A DNA stretch of 64,000 nucleotides from Methanoregulaceae archaeon. GTDB taxonomy: Archaea > Halobacteriota > Methanomicrobia > Methanomicrobiales > Methanospirillaceae. Both the position numbers and the translations under genes were made by a program. Shown in pieces: positions 37,422-46,480 of this stretch. The first letter of the stretch is position 1, and the number at the start of each line of letters is the position of its first letter. The notes below the pieces were generated by a model, which was not told the DNA's origin, searched no databases, and was given only the letters and a program-made list of their open reading frames with translations. The stretch is taken from the NCBI GenBank assembly GCA_013331415.1, contig DUGL01000188.1:6579-70578 (forward strand), written 5' to 3'.

Positions 37422-39033
37422 GCTCCGATTTGCGGATCAGGTTGAAGACACCGCTCACCTCTGTCGACCGGGTGATCCCCTTCCTTGCCATCAGCTCGAG
37501 CAGGTGTTTCCTGATCGCCAGCTGCTCCTCGACCTCCCCCCTCGTCCAGCCCCGGGCATAGCCGATGCTGTCCAGCACCCGGGAGTGGTTGAAGTTTCTC
37601 TGGAACCGATCAGTCCGGGGATACCAGGTATAGAGCTCGTGGGACTGGATAGCATCGTTCCTGTCCACAGCGATCTCGTTTAAGGATGCGCACCGGCGTA
37701 TCGCCTTCCCCTCCTTGTACTGCAGAAGCTGTACCACAATCAAGTCGAGCGCCCCGAACATCGCCCGTGGGACATTGATGGGCGGGTTGACCAGTCGGTT
37801 GATTGCCTCTTCAACGCTCCCGGCGTGCAGCGTGGAGTAGGTGGTATGCCCGGTGTTCATCGACTGGAAGAGGGTCTGGGCCTCCGGGCCCCGGACCTCC
37901 CCGACGATGATGTACTCCGGCCGCTGGCGGAGGGAGGCCCGGAGCAGGGAATAGAGGTCGATATCCCCCTTGACCGATTGTCCCATCGTCTCTCTCGTCT
38001 TCGTGGGGAGCCAGTTCTTGTGCGGGAGCTGGATCTCCCGCGTGTCCTCCAGCGAGACAATCTTTGCTGTCAGGGGGATGTAGTACGAGATGGCGTTCAT
38101 GGTGGAGGTCTTGCCGCTGGCAGTCCCTCCCACCACGATCATGCTCTTCCGGTTCTCGACCGCGAGCCAGATGAAGGCCAGTATCTCCGGGCTGTAGGTG
38201 CCGTATCTGATCAGGTCCACCGGGGTCATCGGGTCGGTCTTGAACCGCCGTATGGTAAACGAGCTCCCCCGGGAGGAGACCACATCGGTATAGGAGATCT
38301 GCGCACGTGACCCGTCCGGGAGAGGAGCATCGAGGAGAGGGGAGGCGATGGAGACCTGCTTGTCCGCCTTCTGGGAGAGCTTCAGCACGTAGCGGTTGAG
38401 ATCTTCGGCCGTGAAGTGGAGGGATGTGGGCACCGACCCGAACTCGTTGTGGTAGATATAGACGGGGCTGTCGGCCCCGTTGCAGCTGATATCCTCGATG
38501 AAACGGTCGTGCATCAGGGGGTCGATGGGGCCGTACCCCTGGAGGTTCCGCTCAAGGTAGTAGAAGAGCACCGATACCCGGTCGTCCGGCATGCCGGGAG
38601 AGAACCGGTGAACCGCTTTTCTGACATCGAAAAAGGTCAGGTTCACATCGCCCTTCTTCCGGAGCGTGTCAAAGACCACAATGTCACGGAGGTACGTGTG
38701 CACCTCCTCGAGGAGGATCTGCTCATTGAAGCTGACGGGGGGTTCGATTACCCGGTAGAACAGGTCGAAGAGTTCGCTCTCCACGATAAGAGCATAGGAG
38801 TACCCCTTCTTCAGCCAGTAGCGGTCCACCATCCGCTCTCCGGGAAGAATATGCGAGAGGGCGGGAGCTTCCCCGTCCCCAGGCAGCGCAGCAGGATCAA
38901 CCCCGGAACCGTTTCCGCTCCCGTCCTTTCGGAAAAGGCGGGAGAGTTTTACAAACAGGAGTGATGGTCCGCCAGGTATCTCTTCACCCACGGCGCCTTT
39001 CCCGGAACTGGGGAACCATTCCGGAGCTCTCAT
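37372..39033 (-). CDS. Type IV pilus/archaellum-family secretion ATPase (FlaI/GspE/VirB11-like)
   Basis: Walker A GGTASGKTSTMNA, SLEDTREIQL, GEVRGPEAQTLFQSMNTGHTTYSTLHAGS. Start at MRAPEWF gives an ATGA overlap with the TPR gene stop. Confidence 0.85.
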   Translation of the reverse strand: MRAPEWFPSSGKGAVGEEIPGGPSLLFVKLSRLFRKDGSGNGSGVDPAALPGDGEAPALSHILPGERMVDRYWLKKGYSYALIVESELFDLFYRVIEPPVSFNEQILLEEVHTYLRDIVVFDTLRKKGDVNLTFFDVRKAVHRFSPGMPDDRVSVLFYYLERNLQGYGPIDPLMHDRFIEDISCNGADSPVYIYHNEFGSVPTSLHFTAEDLNRYVLKLSQKADKQVSIASPLLDAPLPDGSRAQISYTDVVSSRGSSFTIRRFKTDPMTPVDLIRYGTYSPEILAFIWLAVENRKSMIVVGGTASGKTSTMNAISYYIPLTAKIVSLEDTREIQLPHKNWLPTKTRETMGQSVKGDIDLYSLLRASLRQRPEYIIVGEVRGPEAQTLFQSMNTGHTTYSTLHAGSVEEAINRLVNPPINVPRAMFGALDLIVVQLLQYKEGKAIRRCASLNEIAVDRNDAIQSHELYTWYPRTDRFQRNFNHSRVLDSIGYARGWTRGEVEEQLAIRKHLLELMARKGITRSTEVSGVFNLIRKSERVNPDEVAEEMAGAGP

Positions 39034-41195
39034 CCGGTATCCCCCTTGTCCATGTGACCCTGTCCGCTCCACAGTGGGAGTCCCGACAATGAAAAGGGTT
39101 CCGGGGAGACCGCTGCCAGTGCTGCCTCCGCTGCGCGGAGACCTTGCCGGGCTTCATGGTTGCCCGGATCCCGGGAGAGGGCGCCGTTGAAGGACGCCAG
39201 GGCCTCCCGGTACCGCCCGAGAGCAAGCAGGGCGTGTCCCTGCATATTCTTCATCCCTGCCCCATCCTCATCTGCTTCAAGGAGCAGTTCGAGGACGGTC
39301 GCGGCCTCCTGGCCCAGTCCCATCTGGGAGAGGACAGTTCCCAGCCGCAGGATCAGGTGCGGGTCGCCGGGCCGGGCTGCCAGCGCTTTCCGGAAGTCTG
39401 CAGCTGCTTCTGCCAGCTTCCCACTCCGGGCCAGGGCGTCCCCCCGCCTCTCGGAGAAGGCAGGGTTCTCCGGGTCGATGGCAACTGCCCGGTCGTACGC
39501 AGCGGCCTCGTCATGGTACCTTCCAAGCTCACGGAACACCCCTCCCATGGCTTCCCATGTGCTGGCATCATCCGGCCGGATGGTCAGGGCCCGGTCATAC
39601 GCAGCAAGGGCTTCCCCGGACTTCCCCAGGGCATGGTGCATCCTCCCCTGGCAGATGAACAGCAACGGGTTGTCGGGGTTCGCAGCGATTCCCTGTTCGA
39701 GCGAGACCAGGGCCTCCTCCTCCCTCTTGAGACGTGCGAGCGACCGGGCACGCATCAGCCAGAGATCGGAAGACCGCGGATCGATTCCCAGTGCCCGGTC
39801 GTAGGACTGGAGTGCTTCGTGGTCCCGGTTGAGGTGGTGGAGGATCTGGCCCCGGGCCACCCAGACCTCGGCAGAATGGGGGTTGAGTGAAAGGCCCTGG
39901 TCCAGGGCATGGAGAGCCTTCTGGTTATGCCCCAGGCTCTTAAAAACCAGCCCATACTGGCGCCATGCATCGAAGCTCTCCCTGTCGATCTTCAAGGCCT
40001 GCTCGCAGGAGTACAGGGCATCCTGCTCCCTTCCCAGGCGGGCAAGCACACCGGCCCGGAGGATCCAGATACCCGCAGATCCGGGGTCCTTCGCGAGCTC
40101 CCGGTCAAAGTCCGCAAGCGCTTCGTGGTATCGCCCGAGCGAGTAGAACGCAATCCCACGGAATCCAGCCGATAGATCGGGGCTCTGTTCGAGCACCCGG
40201 TCAAACCCGTCAATGAGCTGTCCGCAGTTCCGGATACTGCAAACGCTCCGGCCACCCTGGAAGCGGAAGACCTCTCCCCCCTCCATGCAGAGGGCATCCC
40301 TGGCTGTCTGCGGTTCATGGTCCTGGCCGGCCATGACCTGGCCATGAGGGGTTGTGCTCCTGATGCGGAATTTCCGTCCCGACAGGAGACCGGAAGCGCC
40401 CCGGGACGGTTCACTACTATCGACTCCACCCTCAGGTGCGACAGTGAGAGGTTCCGGGTTGCCCACGACCGGATTCCCCTCCTCCGGGTGCTTGGGAGAA
40501 TGTCTCAGCCGTTCCCAGAATCCGGACTGATCCGGAGTAGTATCCTGTGGGACCGTACTCCCTGCCGGCAGCACGCCTGGGTCGCGGTTATCCTGGTCTG
40601 GCGATGAGAGGGAATGACGCTTCAGCCGTCCCCAGAACCCCTGGTCGTGGGGAGCATCAGTATCGGGAACGGCTGTGCCCGCTGCCGGCAGCACGCCTGG
40701 GTCGCGGTTATCCTGGTCTGGCGGTGAGAGAGAAGGACGTTTCAACCGTCCCCAGAATCCCTGATCGCGGGGAGCATCAGTATCGGGAACGGCTGGGCCC
40801 GCTGCCGGCAGTCCCGGCGTGCCTGTGCGACTGCTTTCCTGATCCGGCCGACTGAATGAAGGAATTTTCAGCTCTGTCCGGAGCCCTCCCTGATCCCGAA
40901 CCACTCCGGCCGGCCGGGAAATATCCAGGGTGCCGCTTACGGACACGGGAGACGTCTCACCCTGTTCTCTCTCACAGGCCCGTAACTCGGCAATTTTTTC
41001 CCTGCACCGGGCAGCATCCTCATTCCGTCCGGATTTGCTCAATGCATACCCCAGGTTATTCCAGGCGGCAATGTACGATGCATCGACTTCGATGGCACGA
41101 AGGTAGTACCTGATTGCCGATGGATAGTCTCCATTCCTGAAACAGTCATCACCACTTTTCTTCAGCGCTGCGGGCATATCAGGGGGGGTCGTCAT
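39030..41195 (-). CDS. TPR-repeat protein with an internal low-complexity tandem-repeat region
   Basis: An N-terminal TPR (YPSAIRYYLRAIEVDASYIAAWNNLGYAL), about ten C-terminal TPRs (repeating A..YDRAL.I.P..), and a central repeat DQGFWGRLKR.SLS.PDQDNRDPGVLPA. Confidence 0.8.
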   Translation of the reverse strand: MTTPPDMPAALKKSGDDCFRNGDYPSAIRYYLRAIEVDASYIAAWNNLGYALSKSGRNEDAARCREKIAELRACEREQGETSPVSVSGTLDISRPAGVVRDQGGLRTELKIPSFSRPDQESSRTGTPGLPAAGPAVPDTDAPRDQGFWGRLKRPSLSPPDQDNRDPGVLPAAGTAVPDTDAPHDQGFWGRLKRHSLSSPDQDNRDPGVLPAGSTVPQDTTPDQSGFWERLRHSPKHPEEGNPVVGNPEPLTVAPEGGVDSSEPSRGASGLLSGRKFRIRSTTPHGQVMAGQDHEPQTARDALCMEGGEVFRFQGGRSVCSIRNCGQLIDGFDRVLEQSPDLSAGFRGIAFYSLGRYHEALADFDRELAKDPGSAGIWILRAGVLARLGREQDALYSCEQALKIDRESFDAWRQYGLVFKSLGHNQKALHALDQGLSLNPHSAEVWVARGQILHHLNRDHEALQSYDRALGIDPRSSDLWLMRARSLARLKREEEALVSLEQGIAANPDNPLLFICQGRMHHALGKSGEALAAYDRALTIRPDDASTWEAMGGVFRELGRYHDEAAAYDRAVAIDPENPAFSERRGDALARSGKLAEAAADFRKALAARPGDPHLILRLGTVLSQMGLGQEAATVLELLLEADEDGAGMKNMQGHALLALGRYREALASFNGALSRDPGNHEARQGLRAAEAALAAVSPEPFSLSGLPLWSGQGHMDKGDTG
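40562..40801 (-). repeat. Tandem 120-bp repeat (two full copies, with degenerate flanking copies from about 40440 to 40830) inside the TPR gene
   Basis: ctgccggcagcacgcctgggtcgcggttatcctggtctggcg... recurs at 40562 and 40682. It encodes a 40-aa unit. Confidence 0.85.
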
Positions 41196-41432
41196 GGTAC
41201 GGACTTCCGGTCGTATGTATCAGCTGCAGGGTCGGGAGTGCACCCGATGGGTGAGAGACCCGGTTTGGTATCAGGCGCACAGGGATCCGCATATTCGACA
41301 TAATTTTTCTTGTTCCTCGATTATTTCATACTTTTTTATCGATATGTATTCATCTCTCACTGCGCACTCCTCATTTCAGGGTGTACCATCTCCTCTCCTC
41401 ATCACCGGTGTGAATGATGGTGTCCGGGATCC

Positions 41433-42164
41433 TCATCTCATACCTGCCATGAAGCGGATACTCTCATCCCAGGCCTCGATCCCGGGTACTTCAACGATCC
41501 ACGATGCATCTCCCGGGAGGAGAGGGAGTAACCGGGCATAGTCAATGCTCCCGCACCCCGGGGCCAGGTGGTCATCGCCGGTTCCCCGGTTGTCGTGCAG
41601 GTGGACATGGTCCGGCCTCGCAGCGGCAAGGAACTCCTCAAGCACCCCGTTGAGGTGGGCGTGGCCGACATCCAGGCAGAACGAAAGCCCGCATTCCCTG
41701 AGGAGGGGGATCAGCCCGGGGTCCCGGAAGTGACAGACCTCCCAGCTCCCCATGTTCTCTACTGCGACCGGCACCCCGTGCTCTTCCTGGATCGCCGCGA
41801 GGTCGACAAGGGAGTCGTGCAGGGCCAGCAGGGACCGGTCAAGGAGCTCGAGCCAGGGGGAGAATCCCGGATGGACGACCACGCAGGTGGCACCGATCCC
41901 TGCGGCCACCCTGCAGGTATCCCCGACCAGGTCGAGCGATGACTGCCGGATCGGTTCGCGGCAGCTGGCGATGTTGATATCGGTGGTCGGGGCATGGACG
42001 GTGTAGCGGAGGTCGAAGGAAGCACAGGCTTCCGAATCCAGCAGGAGGTCGTGGGTAGCATCCGAGAGGATCTCGACCACCCGCGTGCTCGCCGAGAGCG
42101 TCTCCAGGGCGCTGGCGAGCGACCGGTCTATGAGGCACCAGGTCGAGCATCCTAAGTCCTGCAT
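41433..42164 (-). CDS. Xylose isomerase-like TIM-barrel (sugar phosphate isomerase/epimerase/AP-endonuclease 2 family) protein
   Basis: Start at MQDLGCSTW. Motifs VVVHPG, ENMG, CLDVGHA, HLHDNRGTGDDHLAPG. Confidence 0.7.
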   Translation of the reverse strand: MQDLGCSTWCLIDRSLASALETLSASTRVVEILSDATHDLLLDSEACASFDLRYTVHAPTTDINIASCREPIRQSSLDLVGDTCRVAAGIGATCVVVHPGFSPWLELLDRSLLALHDSLVDLAAIQEEHGVPVAVENMGSWEVCHFRDPGLIPLLRECGLSFCLDVGHAHLNGVLEEFLAAARPDHVHLHDNRGTGDDHLAPGCGSIDYARLLPLLPGDASWIVEVPGIEAWDESIRFMAGMR

Positions 42165-43414
42165 GGATCCTCCCTCGTGATTGCGGCAACGGCAGCGAGT
42201 GCTGACGGGATATCCCTGACGATGATCGCACCGTCTGCAGCCAGCCGCGAAAGGGCTGCTGCCGCTTCTCCGCCGGTGAAGTCCCATGCGCCTTCCCCCT
42301 CCTGCCGGTCATCGAGGATGACGATCCCACGCACCCGCGCCGATTCGAGGAAGTGGAGGTTCCCGATGTTCCCCGGTCCCCAGAGCCCCCTGGTCATGAC
42401 GACCGCCCTGGCATCCTTGAGCATGAGAGACAGTTCGCCGAGCGAGCGCCCGGTGACCGGGCTGAACGGGGGCTCGGAGATGCAGGGGATCCCGAGTGCA
42501 GCAGCTGTGGTGTAATCAGTGTCATTGACTGCGAGCACCCCGGTCGTTACCAGGTAACCCCCGGCATGGAGGGCCTGCAGGAGTGCCGACCCCTCCCCAC
42601 CCCCGCAGATGACGTGCACGTTCCCGCATCCTCCCGCGCCGTCATCGGGCACCGGGAGGGGGGAGATGAACGGGTGTCCGGTGAACGGGTTCTTCCGGAC
42701 CGTCACCGCGATTTCAAATGCGGTCCTGATGGTATCGGGGGTGAGCACCGCTGCAGGTTCGCCCATGGCCAGGATCCGGTAGTTGTGAAGCAGGATGAGC
42801 CGGTCGCAGAAATGGGCTGCATGGTTCAGGTCATGGAAGACGCCGATCACTGCGATCGTGCGGGAGAGCTCCCGCATGGTCTGGAGGATCCCGATCTGCT
42901 GCCCGAGGTCGAGGTGGGCCGTGGGTTCATCGAGGAGGAGGAGGCGCGGTTCCTGGGCCAGTGCCCGCGCGATGATCACCCGCTGGAGCTCCCCGCCGCT
43001 GATCTCCCGGATGGAACGGTCCGCGAGGTGGGTAATCCCGGTTGTCTCCATGGCTTTCCGGCAGATATCCCGGTCTTTGTCTTTCTCTGACCCAAACCTC
43101 CCGATATGGGGATAGCGGCCCATCATCACCACGTCCCGGACCGGGAAGTCGAACCCCGAATCGGCAGCCTGGGGCACAACCGCAATGCAACGGGACAGTT
43201 CACGGGGAGAGAGGGTTTCCAGGACCAGGTCATCCAAAAGAATGGCCCCGTCAGAAGGGGTGACGATCCGGGAGATCGCCTTCAACAGCGTGGTCTTCCC
43301 CGATCCATTGGGGCCGATGATCCCCAGGAACTCTCCTTTTCCGGTCTGGAACGATATCTGCTCTAAAACCTTCCGTGCCCCATAGGCAAGGTCGACATCC
43401 CGGAGTTCGATCAT
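42152..43414 (-). CDS. ABC importer ATP-binding protein (FepC/BtuD-like) with a ~165-aa C-terminal extension
   Basis: Walker A GPNGSGKTT, LSGGELQR, LLLLDEPTAHLD. The C-terminal part (GGCGNVHVICGGGEGSALLQAL...) lies beyond the ABC core. Confidence 0.85.
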   Translation of the reverse strand: MIELRDVDLAYGARKVLEQISFQTGKGEFLGIIGPNGSGKTTLLKAISRIVTPSDGAILLDDLVLETLSPRELSRCIAVVPQAADSGFDFPVRDVVMMGRYPHIGRFGSEKDKDRDICRKAMETTGITHLADRSIREISGGELQRVIIARALAQEPRLLLLDEPTAHLDLGQQIGILQTMRELSRTIAVIGVFHDLNHAAHFCDRLILLHNYRILAMGEPAAVLTPDTIRTAFEIAVTVRKNPFTGHPFISPLPVPDDGAGGCGNVHVICGGGEGSALLQALHAGGYLVTTGVLAVNDTDYTTAAALGIPCISEPPFSPVTGRSLGELSLMLKDARAVVMTRGLWGPGNIGNLHFLESARVRGIVILDDRQEGEGAWDFTGGEAAAALSRLAADGAIIVRDIPSALAAVAAITREDPCRT

Positions 43415-44358
43415 CTCATGTACCTCCGCTTGAGAAGAAAGATGAAGAACGGGGCTCCGAAAAAGGCCGTCACCACCCCGACAGGAACCTCGTTACCAAC
43501 GGTTCGGGCCAGGGTGTCGGAGAATACCAGCAGGATCCCCCCGGCCATCATCGAGGCCGGCAGGAGAACCCGGTGGTCCGGGCCCACGACGAGTCGCATC
43601 AGGTGAGGGGTGATAAGTCCGATGAACCCGATGATCCCGGCGATGGCCACTGCGAGGCCGGTGATAAACGAGCTTACCAGGAGGAGCATTTTTTTAAATA
43701 ATTCAGTATCCACGCCGAGGTGGATGGCGTCCTCCTCACCAAGGGAGAAGATGTTCAGTTCCCGGGAGAAGAGCAGGAGAGAGAGGGATGCGGGGATGAT
43801 CAGGAGTCCTATCCAGACATCGGTCCAGGATATGTTCCAGAACCCTCCCATGAGCCACATGAAGATCTGGTGGAGACTCTTTCCTGCAGAATACATCAGG
43901 AAGGAGAGGATGGCTGACAGGAACATGGAGACGGCAATCCCGGTGAGGAGGAGCTGCTCGACCGGCATGCGGCCCCCCTGCCGGGAAATACCATACACCA
44001 GGAACGTGGCGCCTATGCAGCCGGTGAAGGCCAGCATCCACCGGAAGGCACCATTCAGGAAAATGATTGCAAGGGAGGCCCCGAGCGCCCCGCCGGCAGA
44101 TGTGCCGAGCAGGTAGGGGTCGGCCATTGAATTGCGAAACATCCCCTGCATCACCACACCCGCAGCAGCGAGGCCGAACCCGACCAGCAAGGCTGCGATC
44201 ACCCGCGGGAGCCGTACCGAGAAGATGATGATGGAAGCGGACTCATCTGCCGCCAGCCCCAGGTAGGGGATGCCGGCCGGCCCGACGACCGTGCAGACCA
44301 GGACACTTGCCACCACTGCCAGGAAGAGGAGGATGAGGAAAGGGGTGCTCTTCTGCAT
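43411..44358 (-). CDS. ABC importer permease, FecCD/BtuC family
   Basis: 315 aa with about 9 TM helices and typical FecCD motifs (RLPRVIAALLVG, GIIGFIGLITPHLMR). ATGA overlap with the ATPase gene. Confidence 0.85.
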   Translation of the reverse strand: MQKSTPFLILLFLAVVASVLVCTVVGPAGIPYLGLAADESASIIIFSVRLPRVIAALLVGFGLAAAGVVMQGMFRNSMADPYLLGTSAGGALGASLAIIFLNGAFRWMLAFTGCIGATFLVYGISRQGGRMPVEQLLLTGIAVSMFLSAILSFLMYSAGKSLHQIFMWLMGGFWNISWTDVWIGLLIIPASLSLLLFSRELNIFSLGEEDAIHLGVDTELFKKMLLLVSSFITGLAVAIAGIIGFIGLITPHLMRLVVGPDHRVLLPASMMAGGILLVFSDTLARTVGNEVPVGVVTAFFGAPFFIFLLKRRYMR

Positions 44359-44371
44359 AGTGCTGTTCCCG

Positions 44372-44740
44372 TCACCTGACCAGGCCGCTGATATGACTTC
44401 TCTCCTCTTTCAGGGTCCAGAGCACGAATGTATCTATCGAGGGGAACGGCTCCGCAGGGATGACGCGGAGCTCCACCTCCCTTGTATCCAGGTGCCTGAC
44501 CTGCGATCCGTTCCCCGGCCGGTATGCGTACCTGACCTCGTAGACCGGTTCCGGACCCCGAAGGTTCGGGTGGTGCGTCCTGCCATAGGCCAATGCGACG
44601 GCCCATTCCGTATCGCGGATGTCTACGTAGACAGTCCCCAGGAGCATGCCCCCCGCACTCTGCACCTGGGTGCTCGACTCAAACGATTCCACGGCACTTC
44701 TCACGGTGCCGGAAGGACTGTATCCAAAATATCGTGACAT
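44372..44740 (-). CDS. Hypothetical protein within the ABC importer operon
   Basis: A 122-aa ORF of ordinary composition between the binding-protein and permease genes. No motif recognised. Confidence 0.4.
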   Translation of the reverse strand: MSRYFGYSPSGTVRSAVESFESSTQVQSAGGMLLGTVYVDIRDTEWAVALAYGRTHHPNLRGPEPVYEVRYAYRPGNGSQVRHLDTREVELRVIPAEPFPSIDTFVLWTLKEERSHISGLVR

Positions 44741-44798
44741 TCCTCACACCACTTTAAAAAATAATCTCCAAATACTGGCATTTCTTCCGTTCTCCTGT

Positions 44799-45851
44799 TC
44801 AGCGCCCCTTCCTCATGGCAACCAGAGCTGCACCTGCACATGCCACAAGAGCGATCAACGTCCCGAACCCGGGTCCCTGTACACCGGGTGTCAGGGTCGC
44901 AACCGGTTTCTCGTTCCCGAACAACTCCGGGTGGATATCCTCTGCAAACTGTTCCAGTGCATCCACGATACGCGGACCCGAACGGTCCACCGTGTCGGTA
45001 TCGATCAGGAAGACGCGGTCGTCCCTTATGGCTGTGACATGGGAGAAACGTGGTTCATTAATGAAGAACTGTGCAATTGCGTCCTCCCCAGCACCCATGC
45101 CGATGCCGGTGCTCACGATCAGTACGTCGGGGTCGGCCTGGATGAAGTCCTCGATGCCGATATTCTTCCACCCTTCCACACCGGAAAATGCATTGGTCCC
45201 GCCTGCCAGCCGAATCAGCTCGTCCTGGAAGGTCCCGTTCCCGCTCACGTAGATAGGATCGTTCCAGATCACGTGGGCGACGGTGGGGCGCTCTCCAACC
45301 GTACTGACACGCCCTTCTACCGTATTGATTCGCCGCTCAAGGTCCCCTATCAGCCTGGTCGCGTTCTCCTCAGCACCAGACGCCTGGCCGATCAGCCAGG
45401 TATCATCCAGGACATTATTAAGGGTCTTGGGGTGCATGGCGATGACCGGGTACCCGAACGAACGCAGGTTCGCGAGGAGTTCCTCACCGTTGCCGTATGC
45501 AGCGACAATGAGGTCCGGTTTCAGGGCGATCACCTTCTCGATGGTCACCGTGCTGTACCCGCCGACCTTGGGCTTGCCCGGTGCTTCGGCCGGGTAGTTG
45601 CAGAACTCGGTCACTCCCACCACCCGGTCTCCCAGGCCGAGTGCGAAGAGGATCTCGGTGTTCGACGGGGAAAGGGAGATGATCCGCTGCGGCGGGGATT
45701 CGATGGTGACGGTAGAGCTCATGTCGTCGGTGATGGTGAGTGCCATGACAGGCGTGCAGGAATAATAAAGTAGGACCAGGAGAATGAGAGCGAAACCAGA
45801 GATGGACTGAAACCCCTGCCAAAAATTGAGAGAATTCGATCTTCTTTTCAT
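44799..45851 (-). CDS. Substrate-binding protein (BtuF/FepB-type) with a PGF-CTERM anchor
   Basis: Start at MKRRSNSLNFW (ATGA overlap with the pilin stop). RIISLSPSNTEILFALGLGDRVVGVT and KPDLIVA motifs. C-terminus GPGFGTLIALVACAGAALVAMRKGR. Confidence 0.8.
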   Translation of the reverse strand: MKRRSNSLNFWQGFQSISGFALILLVLLYYSCTPVMALTITDDMSSTVTIESPPQRIISLSPSNTEILFALGLGDRVVGVTEFCNYPAEAPGKPKVGGYSTVTIEKVIALKPDLIVAAYGNGEELLANLRSFGYPVIAMHPKTLNNVLDDTWLIGQASGAEENATRLIGDLERRINTVEGRVSTVGERPTVAHVIWNDPIYVSGNGTFQDELIRLAGGTNAFSGVEGWKNIGIEDFIQADPDVLIVSTGIGMGAGEDAIAQFFINEPRFSHVTAIRDDRVFLIDTDTVDRSGPRIVDALEQFAEDIHPELFGNEKPVATLTPGVQGPGFGTLIALVACAGAALVAMRKGR

Positions 45852-46480
45852 TGCAAGACGAATTCCCCTTTCTGGATGATTTTCTGACTGGCTTTGTCGA
45901 TGATGCTGTATTCGCACCTAGTGTTTAGATAAGCGGCGAATCCCTGTGCTGCGCCATCCGGCTTCCAGCTGAGAACCTTTGCCTGACCAATTACAGTTGT
46001 ATACGTCGAGTCATATACATCCTCAATACGGCAGTTATCCGCGTATACCATGAAACGGTCACCAGGTGTGATGAATCCGTCAGTCGAGCCCACCTCAGCA
46101 AAGTACTTCGTCGTTCCATCCGGAAGACAGGTCTCACTGGGAACATTGTCTGCCATCGTGATGGTGATCTTCGCATCCTGGCTCTGGAGCTGGATTGCGA
46201 TATCGCTCAGACCAAAGCCGTCCCCGCCCTTGTTCTCGAAGAGCAGGCCGTTCATCGCGGTAAAGCCTGTCGGGTAATCGGGATCCCAATTGGTCGTATC
46301 TTCATCCGCTATTGCATCAATGACCGGCGTGAGGCTCAGCGAGGCCTGCGGTGCTTTCCTGGTTTCACCCGCCAGCCCGCCGGCAAACCCGCTCACCATC
46401 GCGGCGATGATGATCGTCACCACGAGCATGAGCATAACGCCGACAACCGGTGAAACCGCTGAATCATTTTCTGACTTCAT
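45848..46480 (-). CDS. Archaeal type IV pilin-like protein (DUF1628-type)
   Basis: MKSENDSAVSPVVGVMLMLVVTIIIAAMVSGFAGGLAG. ATGA overlaps on both sides. Confidence 0.8.
   Translation of the reverse strand: MKSENDSAVSPVVGVMLMLVVTIIIAAMVSGFAGGLAGETRKAPQASLSLTPVIDAIADEDTTNWDPDYPTGFTAMNGLLFENKGGDGFGLSDIAIQLQSQDAKITITMADNVPSETCLPDGTTKYFAEVGSTDGFITPGDRFMVYADNCRIEDVYDSTYTTVIGQAKVLSWKPDGAAQGFAAYLNTRCEYSIIDKASQKIIQKGEFVLQ

Noticed and set aside
44646-45773. 375-aa plus-strand ORF overlapping the substrate-binding protein gene.
   Set aside because: The opposite strand encodes a recognisable BtuF/FepB-type protein with a PGF-CTERM tail. The plus-strand translation is Arg/Gly/Pro-rich without motifs.
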